A stretch of 64,000 nucleotides of DNA from an uncultured delta proteobacterium (GTDB taxonomy: Bacteria; Desulfobacterota; WTBG01), in NCBI GenBank assembly GCA_963793865.1, contig CAWCBP010000001.1:1120001-1184000 (forward strand), given 5' to 3'. The notes under the pieces are model-generated. The model had not been told where the DNA came from and ran no database searches. It saw only the letters and a program-made list of their open reading frames with translations. Both the position numbers and the translations under genes were made by a program. The first letter of the stretch is position 1. Every line of letters begins with the position of its first letter. Shown here piece by piece: positions 1-10,560 of the stretch.

Positions 1-2799
1 TACCTTCCGGGCGTTTCTGTCAAGGGAAACTGTTGCCGTTTTCGCATGAGCGTGCTTGACCACATTGATCAGCAGCTCGCGAATGCTCTGATAGAGAAGG
101 ACGCGCACGTCATCATCATAGCCGCCTTGACTGCCGCTGTATTCCAGATGCACCCTGATGCCATGCTGTTTTTGGATATCCTCAAGCAGCCACTCCAGCG
201 CCTTCTCCAGCCCGAACTCGTACAGGAAGGGCGGGGACAGGTCAAAAATGAGCGAGCGCGTGTCCTTTATGCATTGCTCCAGAAGTGAGCGGATGGCCGC
301 CACATCTTTCGCCTTTTCCACGGATTGCACTGCCGCCCCCAGCGAGCCCAGCTTGATTTTAGCAAGCGCAAGGGATTGCGCAATGCGATCATGAATTTCC
401 GTGGCAATACGCCTTCGCTCCTGCTCCTCGGTAAGGGTCAATTGTGAGGCCAGGCAGCGCAGCTGATTCTGGTATTCAAACAGTTTTTGTTCAGCAGCCT
501 TGCGATCGGTAATGTCCCGCACGCATGCCACCATTCCGGTTGTATTGCCTGAATAATCCTGTAAGGTGCTTACGCTCATTCCCAGATCTACTAACCGGTC
601 GTTCTTTCCCTTCCATTTACTTTCATAATAATACACGGAATCCATCGCCGTTGATGACGTATCCACAAAATCATCCCGCATTTCCCCGTCAGGCACCACC
701 ATAAAATCATGCGTGTTTTTCCCCAGCAGCTCTTCTTTTGAATATCCTAATATCCGTTCCACCGCCTCGTTAACCAGGGTTATGGTGCCTACGGTATCAG
801 TGACCACGATGCCATCCGCGGATGTTCTGATAATATCCCCCAGGAAATTTTTTGTATCAATAATTGTTTTTTCAGCTTTTTTCCTTTCACTGATGTCCCG
901 GTTAATGGATATGACCGCCTGCCGATTCCCCTGCTTGTCATATGAATAGAACATGGTCTGCTCCACGGGAATAATCTTTCCGTTTTTGTTGAAGCAGTAG
1001 GAATCCCAGGCTGAGATGTGTCCGCTTTCAATCAGTGTAAACATCTGTTCATATGCCCGGTCGTAAAAGCTTTCTTCCACCCGGTAGGTAATGCCGTCAG
1101 TTGAATCATAGAGTCCCGCCTGCGGAGGCACAAGCTCCGCCAGGTGCTTGCCGAGGAGTTCCTCACTCGTAAAGCCAACAAGCTGTGCAAATGCACTGTT
1201 AACCCTGGTAATATTTCCCAGTTTGTCACCGATTATTATGGGATCAAGAGAGCTTTCTATAATATTTTCCAGGAAATCCCTGGTTGCGGTCAATTCCTGC
1301 TCCGCCTTTTTTCTATCGGTTATATCCCTTATGATACCAACCGCGGTATCAACACCCTGTTCATTGAAAAGGTAGGTAATATTGGTTTCAACCGGCACCG
1401 CCGTACCGTCTTTACGCACAAGATAGCTCTCCCAGTTGGCTATTTTTTTCTGATCCATCAACTGCTCAGCCATGCGTAGCGTATAATCCATATATTCCTG
1501 GCTCATCTTCATATGCTCGCCGGTGGTGAGATCATATGTCTCTCCCATGACGGCGGAAAAGTCGGCAATGCGTTTGCCAAGCACTTCTTCCTCGGTATAG
1601 CCGGTTAAGGTAAGAAACGACTTGTTAACCCTTTTAAAAAATCCCCGGGGATCGGCCATAACAATAGCATCAATTGAATTATCAATAATCTTATCGAGAA
1701 AGCTCTTTGTGGCATTTATCCTGTCTTCGATCAGCTTGCGTTCCGTTATGTCGGAGATAAGCACATAACCGGTCTGCTTCCTTGTATCACTGTAACTGAA
1801 TGAAAAGCGGAGGTTTAAACAACAGGGCGTGCCATCTTTGCGGTTTATCCAGATATCAACCTGTTCCGGATATAAGCCCGTTTCATGGATTGATTTCAGG
1901 ATCTGATCCCGTTGATCCCCGCTTTGTGCGGCAGTCAGGTCGGGCCCCCAGATTGAGATCATCTCTTCTCTGGTATAACCGCATAATTGGCATGCATAGT
2001 TATTGGCATAGATGATTTTACCTTCCTCCATAATGACGATACCGCTGGTTATATTCTCAGCCATGGTTCTAAAACGGCTCTCACTTGCTGCCAGTGCCTG
2101 CTCTGTTTTTCTCTGCGCGGTGATGTCGCGGGCTACGGAAACGATTGATACCACTGCATCATTTTTATAGATAGGGGTGCTTCTTATTTCCGCAACTCTG
2201 ATCCTGCCGTCTCTGGTGACAAGCTCATATTCCGCCGTGGGAACCGCCTCTCCTTTGAAAATGCCAATGGTATTGGAGATTGCCCTGTTAAGAGATTCCT
2301 CCGTCAATAGTCCCAGTTCTGTAAAGGGCCTGCCTGTTAACTCTTCCGGTACATAGCCCAGATGATTCTTTACTGATGATGATACATATTCAATTCTGAA
2401 ATCCCGGTCCACGGAATAAATGACGTCTGCGGCCTGCTCAAGAATCAAACGGTAGTCTTCGATTTGCTCCATCGATGCCGCAGCACCGCGTTGCGGCGAA
2501 CCGGTCTGCTCCAGGAGTCGTTTCTCATACTCATGAGTAGCGGCAAAGGAGATGAAGGATGCGAGCAGGGATGCTTCCTGCTTCCCGCTGACCCAGCCCA
2601 TGACGGACCCATTACATTCCACCGGATATGTCTCAGGCTGGTCGTCTGTTTCCCTGCCCAGAAGCAGGGTGAAGTTTTCATCCTTGACCGCGAAGGGGCT
2701 ATCACTCGCAGCAGCAAAACGTGATATGATGGAAGCGACATCCTGCTGCGCCAAAACATGCTCAAGCTCGACCGTCTTCATGGCAGCACCCGTTAACAT
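1..2799 (-). CDS. Multi-PAS sensor histidine kinase, HisKA_3 (NarX-like) type; 3' end runs off the window
   Basis: Hand-translated from ATG 2799 (or 2781) in a frame that also reads correctly at position 1. About five PAS repeats, then an H-box IATEIHDRIAQS and an N-box-like ELLINVVKHAHA. Presumably absent from the ORF track because no stop lies in the window. Confidence 0.85.
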   Translation of the reverse strand, partial: MLTGAAMKTVELEHVLAQQDVASIISRFAAASDSPFAVKDENFTLLLGRETDDQPETYPVECNGSVMGWVSGKQEASLLASFISFAATHEYEKRLLEQTGSPQRGAAASMEQIEDYRLILEQAADVIYSVDRDFRIEYVSSSVKNHLGYVPEELTGRPFTELGLLTEESLNRAISNTIGIFKGEAVPTAEYELVTRDGRIRVAEIRSTPIYKNDAVVSIVSVARDITAQRKTEQALAASESRFRTMAENITSGIVIMEEGKIIYANNYACQLCGYTREEMISIWGPDLTAAQSGDQRDQILKSIHETGLYPEQVDIWINRKDGTPCCLNLRFSFSYSDTRKQTGYVLISDITERKLIEDRINATKSFLDKIIDNSIDAIVMADPRGFFKRVNKSFLTLTGYTEEEVLGKRIADFSAVMGETYDLTTGEHMKMSQEYMDYTLRMAEQLMDQKKIANWESYLVRKDGTAVPVETNITYLFNEQGVDTAVGIIRDITDRKKAEQELTATRDFLENIIESSLDPIIIGDKLGNITRVNSAFAQLVGFTSEELLGKHLAELVPPQAGLYDSTDGITYRVEESFYDRAYEQMFTLIESGHISAWDSYCFNKNGKIIPVEQTMFYSYDKQGNRQAVISINRDISERKKAEKTIIDTKNFLGDIIRTSADGIVVTDTVGTITLVNEAVERILGYSKEELLGKNTHDFMVVPDGEMRDDFVDTSSTAMDSVYYYESKWKGKNDRLVDLGMSVSTLQDYSGNTTGMVACVRDITDRKAAEQKLFEYQNQLRCLASQLTLTEEQERRRIATEIHDRIAQSLALAKIKLGSLGAAVQSVEKAKDVAAIRSLLEQCIKDTRSLIFDLSPPFLYEFGLEKALEWLLEDIQKQHGIRVHLEYSGSQGGYDDDVRVLLYQSIRELLINVVKHAHAKTATVSLDRNARKV

Positions 2800-2886
2800 A
2801 AAAATCCTGTTTAATGAGAATCTGCGGTTAATCGTGTACGCTGTGTACAATTTTAAAACTTCATCCATTTTATACAATCAGGAAAT

Positions 2887-2921
2887 CCCTGATTTATGAC
2901 TTCGAAAAACCTTATTTTTCA
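2887..2921 (-). promoter_or_regulatory. 35-bp element just upstream of a putative -35 box; near-identical copy at 58766-58800
   Basis: ccctgatttatgacttcgaaaaaccttatttttca, 34/35 identical to 58766-58800. Both copies lie 9 nt from a TTG-type -35 hexamer on the minus strand. Confidence 0.55.
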
Positions 2922-3058
2922 TCCCATGCGACAACTAAATCCCAAGCTATTGATTATGTTGATTTTTGTGGCGGGTATGCGATGGGCGGATGGATGGTAA
3001 CGGTAATGATCCGACAAAAAAAGGCGGAAACAGTGAGGAAATGTGCAGAAGATGGTTT

Positions 3059-3178
3059 CTAACCGGCTATCGAAAAAGTAGTGGCGTAGGCTGATAAAGC
3101 TTGCTTAATAGTATGTGGCTCAAAGGGGGAGGGGCTTTTTAGCCACGAATCAGGTGGGTGTTTTTCAACAGCCTGCTA
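3059..3178. repeat. MITE-like element with imperfect terminal inverted repeats (GGCTGTTGAAAAA family)
   Basis: Right end tttttcaacagcctgcta. Internal atgtggctca..ggggagggg..ctttt..gccac is shared with 10416-10506. Confidence 0.65.
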
Positions 3179-3622
3179 ACAGAGGTTATACTGCTTGCAA
3201 AGGAGGAACAGCTCTTTTTCCCTAGAGGCCATTTCCCTGGCTTTGCGGAGCGGGCCTTCGTGATCGTATCCCAGCAGATGGAGCATGCCGTGTATGAGCA
3301 GGAAGGCAAATTCTTCCCGTAAGGGCTTTCCTGAGCGGCGGGCCTGACGCCGGGCGGTCTCGAGCGATATGACCACATCGCCCAAAAGGGTGCTGTCTGC
3401 GTGAGCACTTACGCCGTCGTTCTGGGGGAAGGAGATGACATCCGTGGGCCGGTTTCTGTTGAGATAGGTCTTGTTGAGCGCTTTGATCTTCTCATCATCC
3501 AGCAAAAGGATGCTCAGCTCAGCTTTTTGACAGCCCGAGTCTTTTAAGATCGCGCTCCCCAGCGCCCTTATCCACTTTTGGCTTATCCTTATCCGCTTCT
3601 GACTGTTTTTTATCCTTACCAT
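3176..3622 (-). CDS. ybeY: rRNA maturation endoribonuclease YbeY
   Basis: Motifs PTDVISF, LGDVVIS and HGMLHLLGYDH; phoH-HD-ybeY synteny; start set at ATG 3622 (MVRIKN). Confidence 0.95.
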   Translation of the reverse strand: MVRIKNSQKRIRISQKWIRALGSAILKDSGCQKAELSILLLDDEKIKALNKTYLNRNRPTDVISFPQNDGVSAHADSTLLGDVVISLETARRQARRSGKPLREEFAFLLIHGMLHLLGYDHEGPLRKAREMASREKELFLLCKQYNLC

Positions 3623-5900
3623 TTGTTTTTCTTTTTGAGCCGCCATCGTCGGGCAGGGAAACGGGATATTCAACGCGCTGATGGAAGACGCCCCCCGCAA
3701 GCACCCGGTTGAAGCAATTGGCAATGGCGTGAAGGTTCTTGAGCGTCAGCTCACACTCATCAAGCTGTCCGTCAATAAAAATGCCGTTGATAATTTTCTG
3801 GACCATGCCCTGTATGCGGGGAAGCGTGGTTTCCGCGAGTGTTTTGGAGGCAGCCTCCACCGCGTCTGCCAGCATAACCAGCGCCGCTTCCTTGGTTTGC
3901 GGTTTGGGTCCGGGATAGCGGAAATCCTCGTCGCTGATGGACTCATAGCCCGGTTCCTGCTTGCTCCGCGCCTTGTGATAAAAAAAGCTGATCACGCTGT
4001 TGCCGTGGTGCTGCCTGATGATGTCGCGAATGGCGCCTCCCAGCCGGTACTCCCTGGCCAGCTCGACGCCATCCTTGACATGGGAAAGAATAATCAGGCT
4101 GCTCATGCTGGGGGAAAGCTTCTCGTGCTTGTTCTCTCCATGCAGCTGGTTTTCCGCGAAATAGCTCGCCATCCTTATTTTCCCGATATCATGATAATAG
4201 GCGCTCACCCGCACCAGCAGCGAATTGGCCCCGACCGTATCGGCCGCGGCATCGGCCAGGTTTCCCACCATGATGCTGTGCTGGTAGGTGCCGGGGGCTT
4301 TCATGCTCAGCTCCTTGAGCAGCGGCTGGTTGAGGTCGGCCAGTTCGAGCAGCTTGATGTTGGTTGTGTAGTCAAAGGCGATTTCCAGCAGGGGGACCAG
4401 GCCGGTGGCGATAACCCCGGTAAGCACCCCTCCCAGAAAGCCGCAGCTCACATCAAAAAGCACCTCCGGTTGCAGAAAGCTCTTTCTCACGATGGCAAAG
4501 CACAAAATGAGCAGTATGTTGACCACGCCGGCAATAAACCCCGCGCGGATGAGGGTTGTCCGCTCCTTGCACAGCACCACCTGCTGGGCCGCGACAATGC
4601 TGCCCATGAACGGGTAAATGAAAAACTTGAGCTGGGCGTCAAGCATGATTCCGGTTACAATGGCCAGCACCACGGAAAACATGGCGGCCAGCTCTCCGTT
4701 AAGCAGAACGGCAATGAGCATGGCCCCCAGCGCGAAGGGCGGCGCGTACAGAAGTGAATGCGCCGGCAGGAAGGGAAATGCCTTGCTGAAGGCAGCCGAT
4801 AAGAAAACGGCGAACTTGATGAATAAAACCATGCCGATCAGCACCGTGCTTAAGAGCAGATAGTCTTTGCCCCTCAGGTTGTAGCGCCTGATGCTGATGG
4901 GGGAAAAGGCATAAAAGAGAGATATAACGATGAGCACCAGGAAAAAGACACCCAGGGTGAAAACGAGCGGGCTGCCCTCTTTTTTTAATTTAGCAAGCGC
5001 CTGCAGCTTGAGCAGCGATTCTTCCGTCACCCGGTCACCCTCGCGGATGATCATCTCCCCTTTTTTAAGCCTGAAATAAACGGGATTGGTCTGCGAGCGC
5101 GCCAGCAGCTTCCGGCTTTCCGTCTCATTCATGTTGAAGGTGAGCGTGGGGCGTATCATCCCGACGGCAATCTCCACAACGGCAGACGCAACCGCTTTCG
5201 GCATGGCGTCACGTTTTTGTCCGGCAGCTTGCAGCAGTTCCTGCCTGACCTCTTCAACATCACGCAGGGAGGAAACATCGGCCACGAATATCTCCTCCTG
5301 GGTCCGCACGTTGCGTATGATCATGCCCCGCGCGCGATTTGATTTGAGCAGGGCCTTGTTGCCCACGATTCTTTCGCTGAGCGGATTTCGTATCAGGGCG
5401 AGAATATGGTCAATAATTTCAACGGCAAACTCACTCTTCACCAGGGCGGCGTAATTCGCATTCCCGACGGACACGCCGCCGAGGTACTCTATAAACCGCT
5501 CCCGCTGTTCCTCGCCGGCTGCCTTTGCCGAAGTATCAACGGAGATGGTCCGCCACTGGGAAAAAGTCGTCGTCAGTCTCTGCGCCGTTTCTTCAGCGGC
5601 ATTGGCGTCATAATCAAAGACCGGGGGGCTTTTTTCCTCATTTTCCATCATCTTGTTGGCGGTGGACACCGTGTCCTCAACCAGCACATCCTCAGTTGCC
5701 CGTATGTTCTGGTCGGCAATATCCCCGATCTGGTAGGCAGGTATGGTTGAGGGCATGCTGGGCGCAATCAGATAGGCGATGATCAGGCAGGTCGCCACCA
5801 GCAGAAGACCCTTGTAAAAAGCCGGCCCGCTGATCACGGGCGCCTGCCGGTCATTCTGCTGAAACACCGCCTTGATTTTTTTTCTGCCCAAATTTATCAT
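3519..5900 (-). CDS. 7TM-HD phosphohydrolase (PgpH-like cyclic dinucleotide phosphodiesterase family)
   Basis: Extracellular 7TMR-HDED-like region, about 7 TM helices, motifs APGTYQHS, YYHDIGK, QHHG, YPGPKPQTKE and LADAVEA. Confidence 0.92.
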   Translation of the reverse strand: MINLGRKKIKAVFQQNDRQAPVISGPAFYKGLLLVATCLIIAYLIAPSMPSTIPAYQIGDIADQNIRATEDVLVEDTVSTANKMMENEEKSPPVFDYDANAAEETAQRLTTTFSQWRTISVDTSAKAAGEEQRERFIEYLGGVSVGNANYAALVKSEFAVEIIDHILALIRNPLSERIVGNKALLKSNRARGMIIRNVRTQEEIFVADVSSLRDVEEVRQELLQAAGQKRDAMPKAVASAVVEIAVGMIRPTLTFNMNETESRKLLARSQTNPVYFRLKKGEMIIREGDRVTEESLLKLQALAKLKKEGSPLVFTLGVFFLVLIVISLFYAFSPISIRRYNLRGKDYLLLSTVLIGMVLFIKFAVFLSAAFSKAFPFLPAHSLLYAPPFALGAMLIAVLLNGELAAMFSVVLAIVTGIMLDAQLKFFIYPFMGSIVAAQQVVLCKERTTLIRAGFIAGVVNILLILCFAIVRKSFLQPEVLFDVSCGFLGGVLTGVIATGLVPLLEIAFDYTTNIKLLELADLNQPLLKELSMKAPGTYQHSIMVGNLADAAADTVGANSLLVRVSAYYHDIGKIRMASYFAENQLHGENKHEKLSPSMSSLIILSHVKDGVELAREYRLGGAIRDIIRQHHGNSVISFFYHKARSKQEPGYESISDEDFRYPGPKPQTKEAALVMLADAVEAASKTLAETTLPRIQGMVQKIINGIFIDGQLDECELTLKNLHAIANCFNRVLAGGVFHQRVEYPVSLPDDGGSKRKTNGKDKKQSEADKDKPKVDKGAGERDLKRLGLSKS

Positions 5901-5948
5901 ACCTCTGTCCCACCGCCGCTCATGAACCCGCTCCCCGCAACCCTCCGG

Positions 5949-6923
<975 letters not shown>

Positions 6924-6957
6924 CAGGGTCCTCCGTCTTCCGGTTTTATCCGAACCT

Positions 6958-7380
6958 CTATCTGCTGCCTGTAATCTGAACCTGTATCTCCCGTCGCCGG
7001 GGGCGGTTGTCGAAATCGAGCACGACGATCTGCTGCCAGGTCCCCAGCAGCATCCTTCCCCCCTTCACGGGTATGGTCATCGAAGGCCCCAGCAGGGCGG
7101 CCCGCACGTGAGCGTAGCCGTTGCCATCTCCCCACCGCTGATCATGACGGTACGGCATCCCCCGGGGCGCCATCCGTTCAATGGCCTGCCGCAAATCTTC
7201 AATTGCCCCTGATTCATATTCAATGGTGGTCAATGCCGCCGTCGAACCGGACACAAAAAGCAGAACGCTGCCGTCCTTCACGCCTGAGGAGGCTATCTTC
7301 GACTCCACCTCCGGCGTTATATCGATGACATCCGTTCCGCCGCCGGTGTCGCAAAAAATAGTACCATATACCGGTTTCAT
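6958..7380 (-). CDS. yjbQ: YjbQ/UPF0047 family protein (secondary thiamine-phosphate synthase)
   Basis: GSTAALTTIEYE, NGYAHVRAALLG, LGTWQQI; start set at ATG 7380. Confidence 0.9.
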   Translation of the reverse strand: MKPVYGTIFCDTGGGTDVIDITPEVESKIASSGVKDGSVLLFVSGSTAALTTIEYESGAIEDLRQAIERMAPRGMPYRHDQRWGDGNGYAHVRAALLGPSMTIPVKGGRMLLGTWQQIVVLDFDNRPRRREIQVQITGSR

Positions 7381-7567
7381 CGTGTATGCTGGCAGGCACG
7401 TTCCATGTAAAAGTGAATAACCCCGTTGCTCAGTACAACGGGGATAGCGCACACCATCATTAGTTGGGTCATTTGTAGCACACACTGCTGTTTATTGCAA
7501 GCATTTTATGGGGCAGGCACTATCGCGCCGCCATGCCCCGGCTTCCTGCCGGAAGGAGGAAACGGAG

Positions 7568-8353
7568 TTGAACAGGAAAAGAAATCTTGAAGATTTAACC
7601 GCCCTGGTGCAAACCCTGCGCGGACCCGACGGCTGTCCCTGGGACAGGGAACAAACCCTGTCCGATCTCAGGTCGTTTCTTATGGGCGAGGCCTATGAGC
7701 TTCTGGAAGCCATGGACCGGGATCATCACCTGCACATACGGGAGGAGGCAGGTGACCTTCTGTTCATCATCATATTCATCGTTGACCTTTTCCGCGAAAA
7801 AAAGACCTTTACCATCTATGATGTCATCGGGGAGGTGATGGATAAAATGGTCCGGCGGCACCCCCACGTTTTCGGCGACGTCACCGTGGGCAGCGCCCGG
7901 GAGGTGAAGGAAAATTGGCACGCGCTTAAGGAGCGGGAGGGAAAACCGGCCCGGGGGCCATCATTGCTTGACGGGGTGGCTGAATTTCTGCCGGCTCTGG
8001 TCAGGGCGCAGCTGCTCACTGAGCGCGCGTCCCGTGTGGGTTTTGACTGGGAAGGACCGTCCCAGGTGATGCAGAAGATCGAGGAAGAGATGGGGGAGCT
8101 GAAAGAGAGCCTTGACCGCAAGGAACAGGATGCCGTAGCGGGGGAAATGGGCGATCTGCTGTTTGCGGCGGTGAACCTGGCGAGGACTCTTGGTGTCGAC
8201 GCGGAGCAGGCCCTGCGCAGAACCAACAGGAAGTTTGTTGAGCGGTTCCATTTCATCGAGGAGGCGGTGCGCGACGCCGGAGGAACTATTGAGCAGGCAA
8301 CGCTCAATGAGATGGATTCACTCTGGGAGCAGTCGAAAAAAGTCTACCCTTGA
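7568..8353 (+). CDS. mazG: Nucleoside triphosphate pyrophosphohydrolase MazG
   Basis: GCPWDREQT, EEAGDLLF, RRHPHVF, GFDW, GEMGDLLFA; TTG start downstream of AGGAGG. Confidence 0.95.
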   Translation: MNRKRNLEDLTALVQTLRGPDGCPWDREQTLSDLRSFLMGEAYELLEAMDRDHHLHIREEAGDLLFIIIFIVDLFREKKTFTIYDVIGEVMDKMVRRHPHVFGDVTVGSAREVKENWHALKEREGKPARGPSLLDGVAEFLPALVRAQLLTERASRVGFDWEGPSQVMQKIEEEMGELKESLDRKEQDAVAGEMGDLLFAAVNLARTLGVDAEQALRRTNRKFVERFHFIEEAVRDAGGTIEQATLNEMDSLWEQSKKVYP

Positions 8354-8386
8354 GGGCGGGTATACTGCAAAAATATTATCTGATGC

Positions 8387-8414
8387 GTAGGGGCGACCGG
8401 CCGGTCGCCCCTAC
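8387..8414. repeat. GTAG-type REP palindrome
   Basis: Perfect palindrome GTAGGGGCGACCGGCCGGTCGCCCCTAC, identical to 56412-56439, between convergent genes. Confidence 0.85.
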
Positions 8415-8435
8415 GTGCTTCTTATTCACCCACCT

Positions 8436-8843
8436 TTATTCCCTCTCCGAAATCTCCAACAGGATACCCCCGGTTGCCTTGGGGTGGAGGAAGGCGATTC
8501 TGGCGTTGCCCGCCCCGTAGCGGGGCTGCATGTCGATGAGCTTGAAATCTTTTTCCTTCAGCTCCCGGAGGGCCTCTTCTATATTCTCGACGCGCAGGGC
8601 TATGTGCTGGATCCCCTCGCCGCGCTTTTCTATAAACTGAGCCACCGGCCCGTCAGGGGAGGTCGATTCCAGCAATTCCAGTTCGGTATCGCCCAGCGGC
8701 AGGAACGCCACCCTGACCTTCTGGTCGGCTATGGTTTCCGTCCCGGTGGCATTGATGCCCAGGATATCGCGGTAAAATGCCAGGGAGTCATCAATGCTTT
8801 TGACTGCAATGCCGATATGATCCAGCTTGGTAACTTTCATCAT
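8436..8843 (-). CDS. mce: Methylmalonyl-CoA epimerase
   Basis: DHIGIAV, ELLE, GEGIQHIALRV, AFLHPK..GILLEI. Confidence 0.93.
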   Translation of the reverse strand: MMKVTKLDHIGIAVKSIDDSLAFYRDILGINATGTETIADQKVRVAFLPLGDTELELLESTSPDGPVAQFIEKRGEGIQHIALRVENIEEALRELKEKDFKLIDMQPRYGAGNARIAFLHPKATGGILLEISERE

Positions 8844-8889
8844 CAGCTCCTTTCGTGAGTTGCGGGTTGATGGCGGCGGACTCCCGGTG

Positions 8890-9834
8890 CTACGGCCGTT
8901 TGTCGAGCAGCTTGAGCATGCGCTCCGCGCAGGAATACGGATCGTCCCTGCGGCTGCACACCAGATCGATCATGCTGCCCAGTGACTGCATGCCGCGCAT
9001 CTGCTCATAGACGTACTGCGCCAGCCTGGCCTCAACCAGCTTGGTTATATCCCGCTCAATCCGCTCCTTCCGCTTCTTCTCCAGCAATGAGCTCTCCGCG
9101 AGGTAGCGGCGGTGATCCATGATCGTATTTACCAGCTCCTCGATGCCCCGGCGCTCGGTGGCGACGGTTTTGATCACCGGCTGCTTCCAGCCGCCCGAAA
9201 GGGGAGCCAGGCCCAGCATGGAGGTGAGCATGGCCACAACGTTGTCGGCTCCATCGCGATCCGCCTTGTTGACCACGAAGATATCACCGATCTCCATTAT
9301 GCCCGCTTTTATGGTTTGAATATCATCACCCAGGCCCGGGACGGAAAGAAGGACGCAGCTGTCGGCCACCTTCACGATCTCCACCTCGTCCTGCCCGATG
9401 CCGATGGTCTCAATCAGGACAAAATCCTTTCCCGAGGCGTCGAGTATTTTGATCACATCAGAGGTGGCACGGGAAAGCCCGCCCAGCCCGCCCCTGGTCC
9501 CAAGGCTCCTGAAAAACACGTTCTCCCTGACCAGCACATCATGCATCCGTACCCGGTCCCCCAGGAGCGCTCCACCGGTGAAGGGACTCGAGGGATCGAC
9601 GGCAACAATCCCGACGCTTGCCCCCCGACCGCAAAGCAGGTCCGCCACGCGGTCAACCAGGGTGCTCTTTCCGGAGCCGCCGGGACCGGTAAAACCGATG
9701 GTATACGCGCTGCCGGTATGTGGGTAGACCGCCTTCATGCAATCCATCCATCCCGGCAGCTCATTTTCAACCAAGCTGATGGCCCGCGCTACCGCGCGCT
9801 GGGATCCGCTTACAATGTCATTAATTAAGTCCAT
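8890..9834 (-). CDS. meaB: Methylmalonyl-CoA mutase-associated GTPase MeaB
   Basis: GPGGSGKST, AVDPSSPFTGGALLGDRVRM, ETIGIGQ, NKAD. Confidence 0.95.
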   Translation of the reverse strand: MDLINDIVSGSQRAVARAISLVENELPGWMDCMKAVYPHTGSAYTIGFTGPGGSGKSTLVDRVADLLCGRGASVGIVAVDPSSPFTGGALLGDRVRMHDVLVRENVFFRSLGTRGGLGGLSRATSDVIKILDASGKDFVLIETIGIGQDEVEIVKVADSCVLLSVPGLGDDIQTIKAGIMEIGDIFVVNKADRDGADNVVAMLTSMLGLAPLSGGWKQPVIKTVATERRGIEELVNTIMDHRRYLAESSLLEKKRKERIERDITKLVEARLAQYVYEQMRGMQSLGSMIDLVCSRRDDPYSCAERMLKLLDKRP

Positions 9835-9861
9835 ATGCGTTGCGGGCTGACTGCGCGAAGA

Positions 9862-10260
9862 TCAGGCAGGAAGGCGCTCTTTGATGAAGGAGATTATTGT
9901 TTCGGTGGAAGTGCCGGGGCCGAAAATTTCCGCTATCCCGGCCTGCTTGAGATTTACAATGTCTTCCTGGGGAATGACCCCGCCGCCTATGACAAGAATG
10001 TTCGACAGCCCTTTTTCCTTGAGCCCCCTCATGATTGATGGGAAAAGATGGTTATGGGCTCCGGAAAGGATACTCAACAGCATGACATCAATATCCTCCT
10101 GCAGCGCGGCAGTGACAATTTGTTCCGGGGTCTGCCGCAGACCGGTGTAAATGACCTCTATGCCGGCGTCCCTGAGGGCGCGGGCTATGACCTTTGCCCC
10201 CCGGTCATGACCGTCCAATCCCGGCTTTGCCACCAGCGCCCTGATCCTTTTTTCTCCCAC
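9862..10260 (-). CDS. Cobalamin-binding small subunit of an acyl-CoA mutase (methylmalonyl-CoA mutase C-terminal domain)
   Basis: [12 protein letters not shown] (DxHxxG), SILSGAH, GGGVIP, FGPGT; GTG start. Confidence 0.93.
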   Translation of the reverse strand: MGEKRIRALVAKPGLDGHDRGAKVIARALRDAGIEVIYTGLRQTPEQIVTAALQEDIDVMLLSILSGAHNHLFPSIMRGLKEKGLSNILVIGGGVIPQEDIVNLKQAGIAEIFGPGTSTETIISFIKERLPA

Positions 10261-10381
10261 ACAGGCCTCCTTATACAGATATGCAGTTCATCTTCATATG
10301 CGATACAAAGTCCTTCGCTACCTACCACAGTAACTTTTTGACTGTCAAGGACTTTTTCGACGGCTTGCTCCCACATGCACC

Positions 10382-10410
10382 TTGACATGCAACCCCGGAT
10401 TTGCTACTTA
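10382..10410 (+). promoter_or_regulatory. Putative sigma70 promoter of the nitroreductase-tmk operon
   Basis: TTGACA-17nt-TACTTA. Confidence 0.45.
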
Positions 10411-10415
10411 ACTCT

Positions 10416-10506
10416 GGCAGGTTGTTGAAAAATAGTTTCCCTCATGCTGTTCAAAAGCATGCTCAGTAATATGTGGCTCATGGGGAGGGGGCTTTTGACG
10501 CCACAA
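10416..10506. repeat. MITE-like element (partial), GGTTGTTGAAAAA family
   Basis: gcaggttgttgaaaaatag...gctgttcaaaa, shared with the copies at 3059, 48318 and 53601. Confidence 0.6.
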
Positions 10507-10560
10507 CAAAATTATCCCGCTGCCGGCTCTATCTGCGGCGCGGTATGGAAAGGGAATGGT

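Noticed and set aside
3681..4757. Long antisense ORFs (also 12873-13775, 16055-17128, 24700-25644, 33505-34590)
   Set aside because: Shadow frames opposite well-supported genes, as expected in GC-rich DNA; no recognisable motifs.
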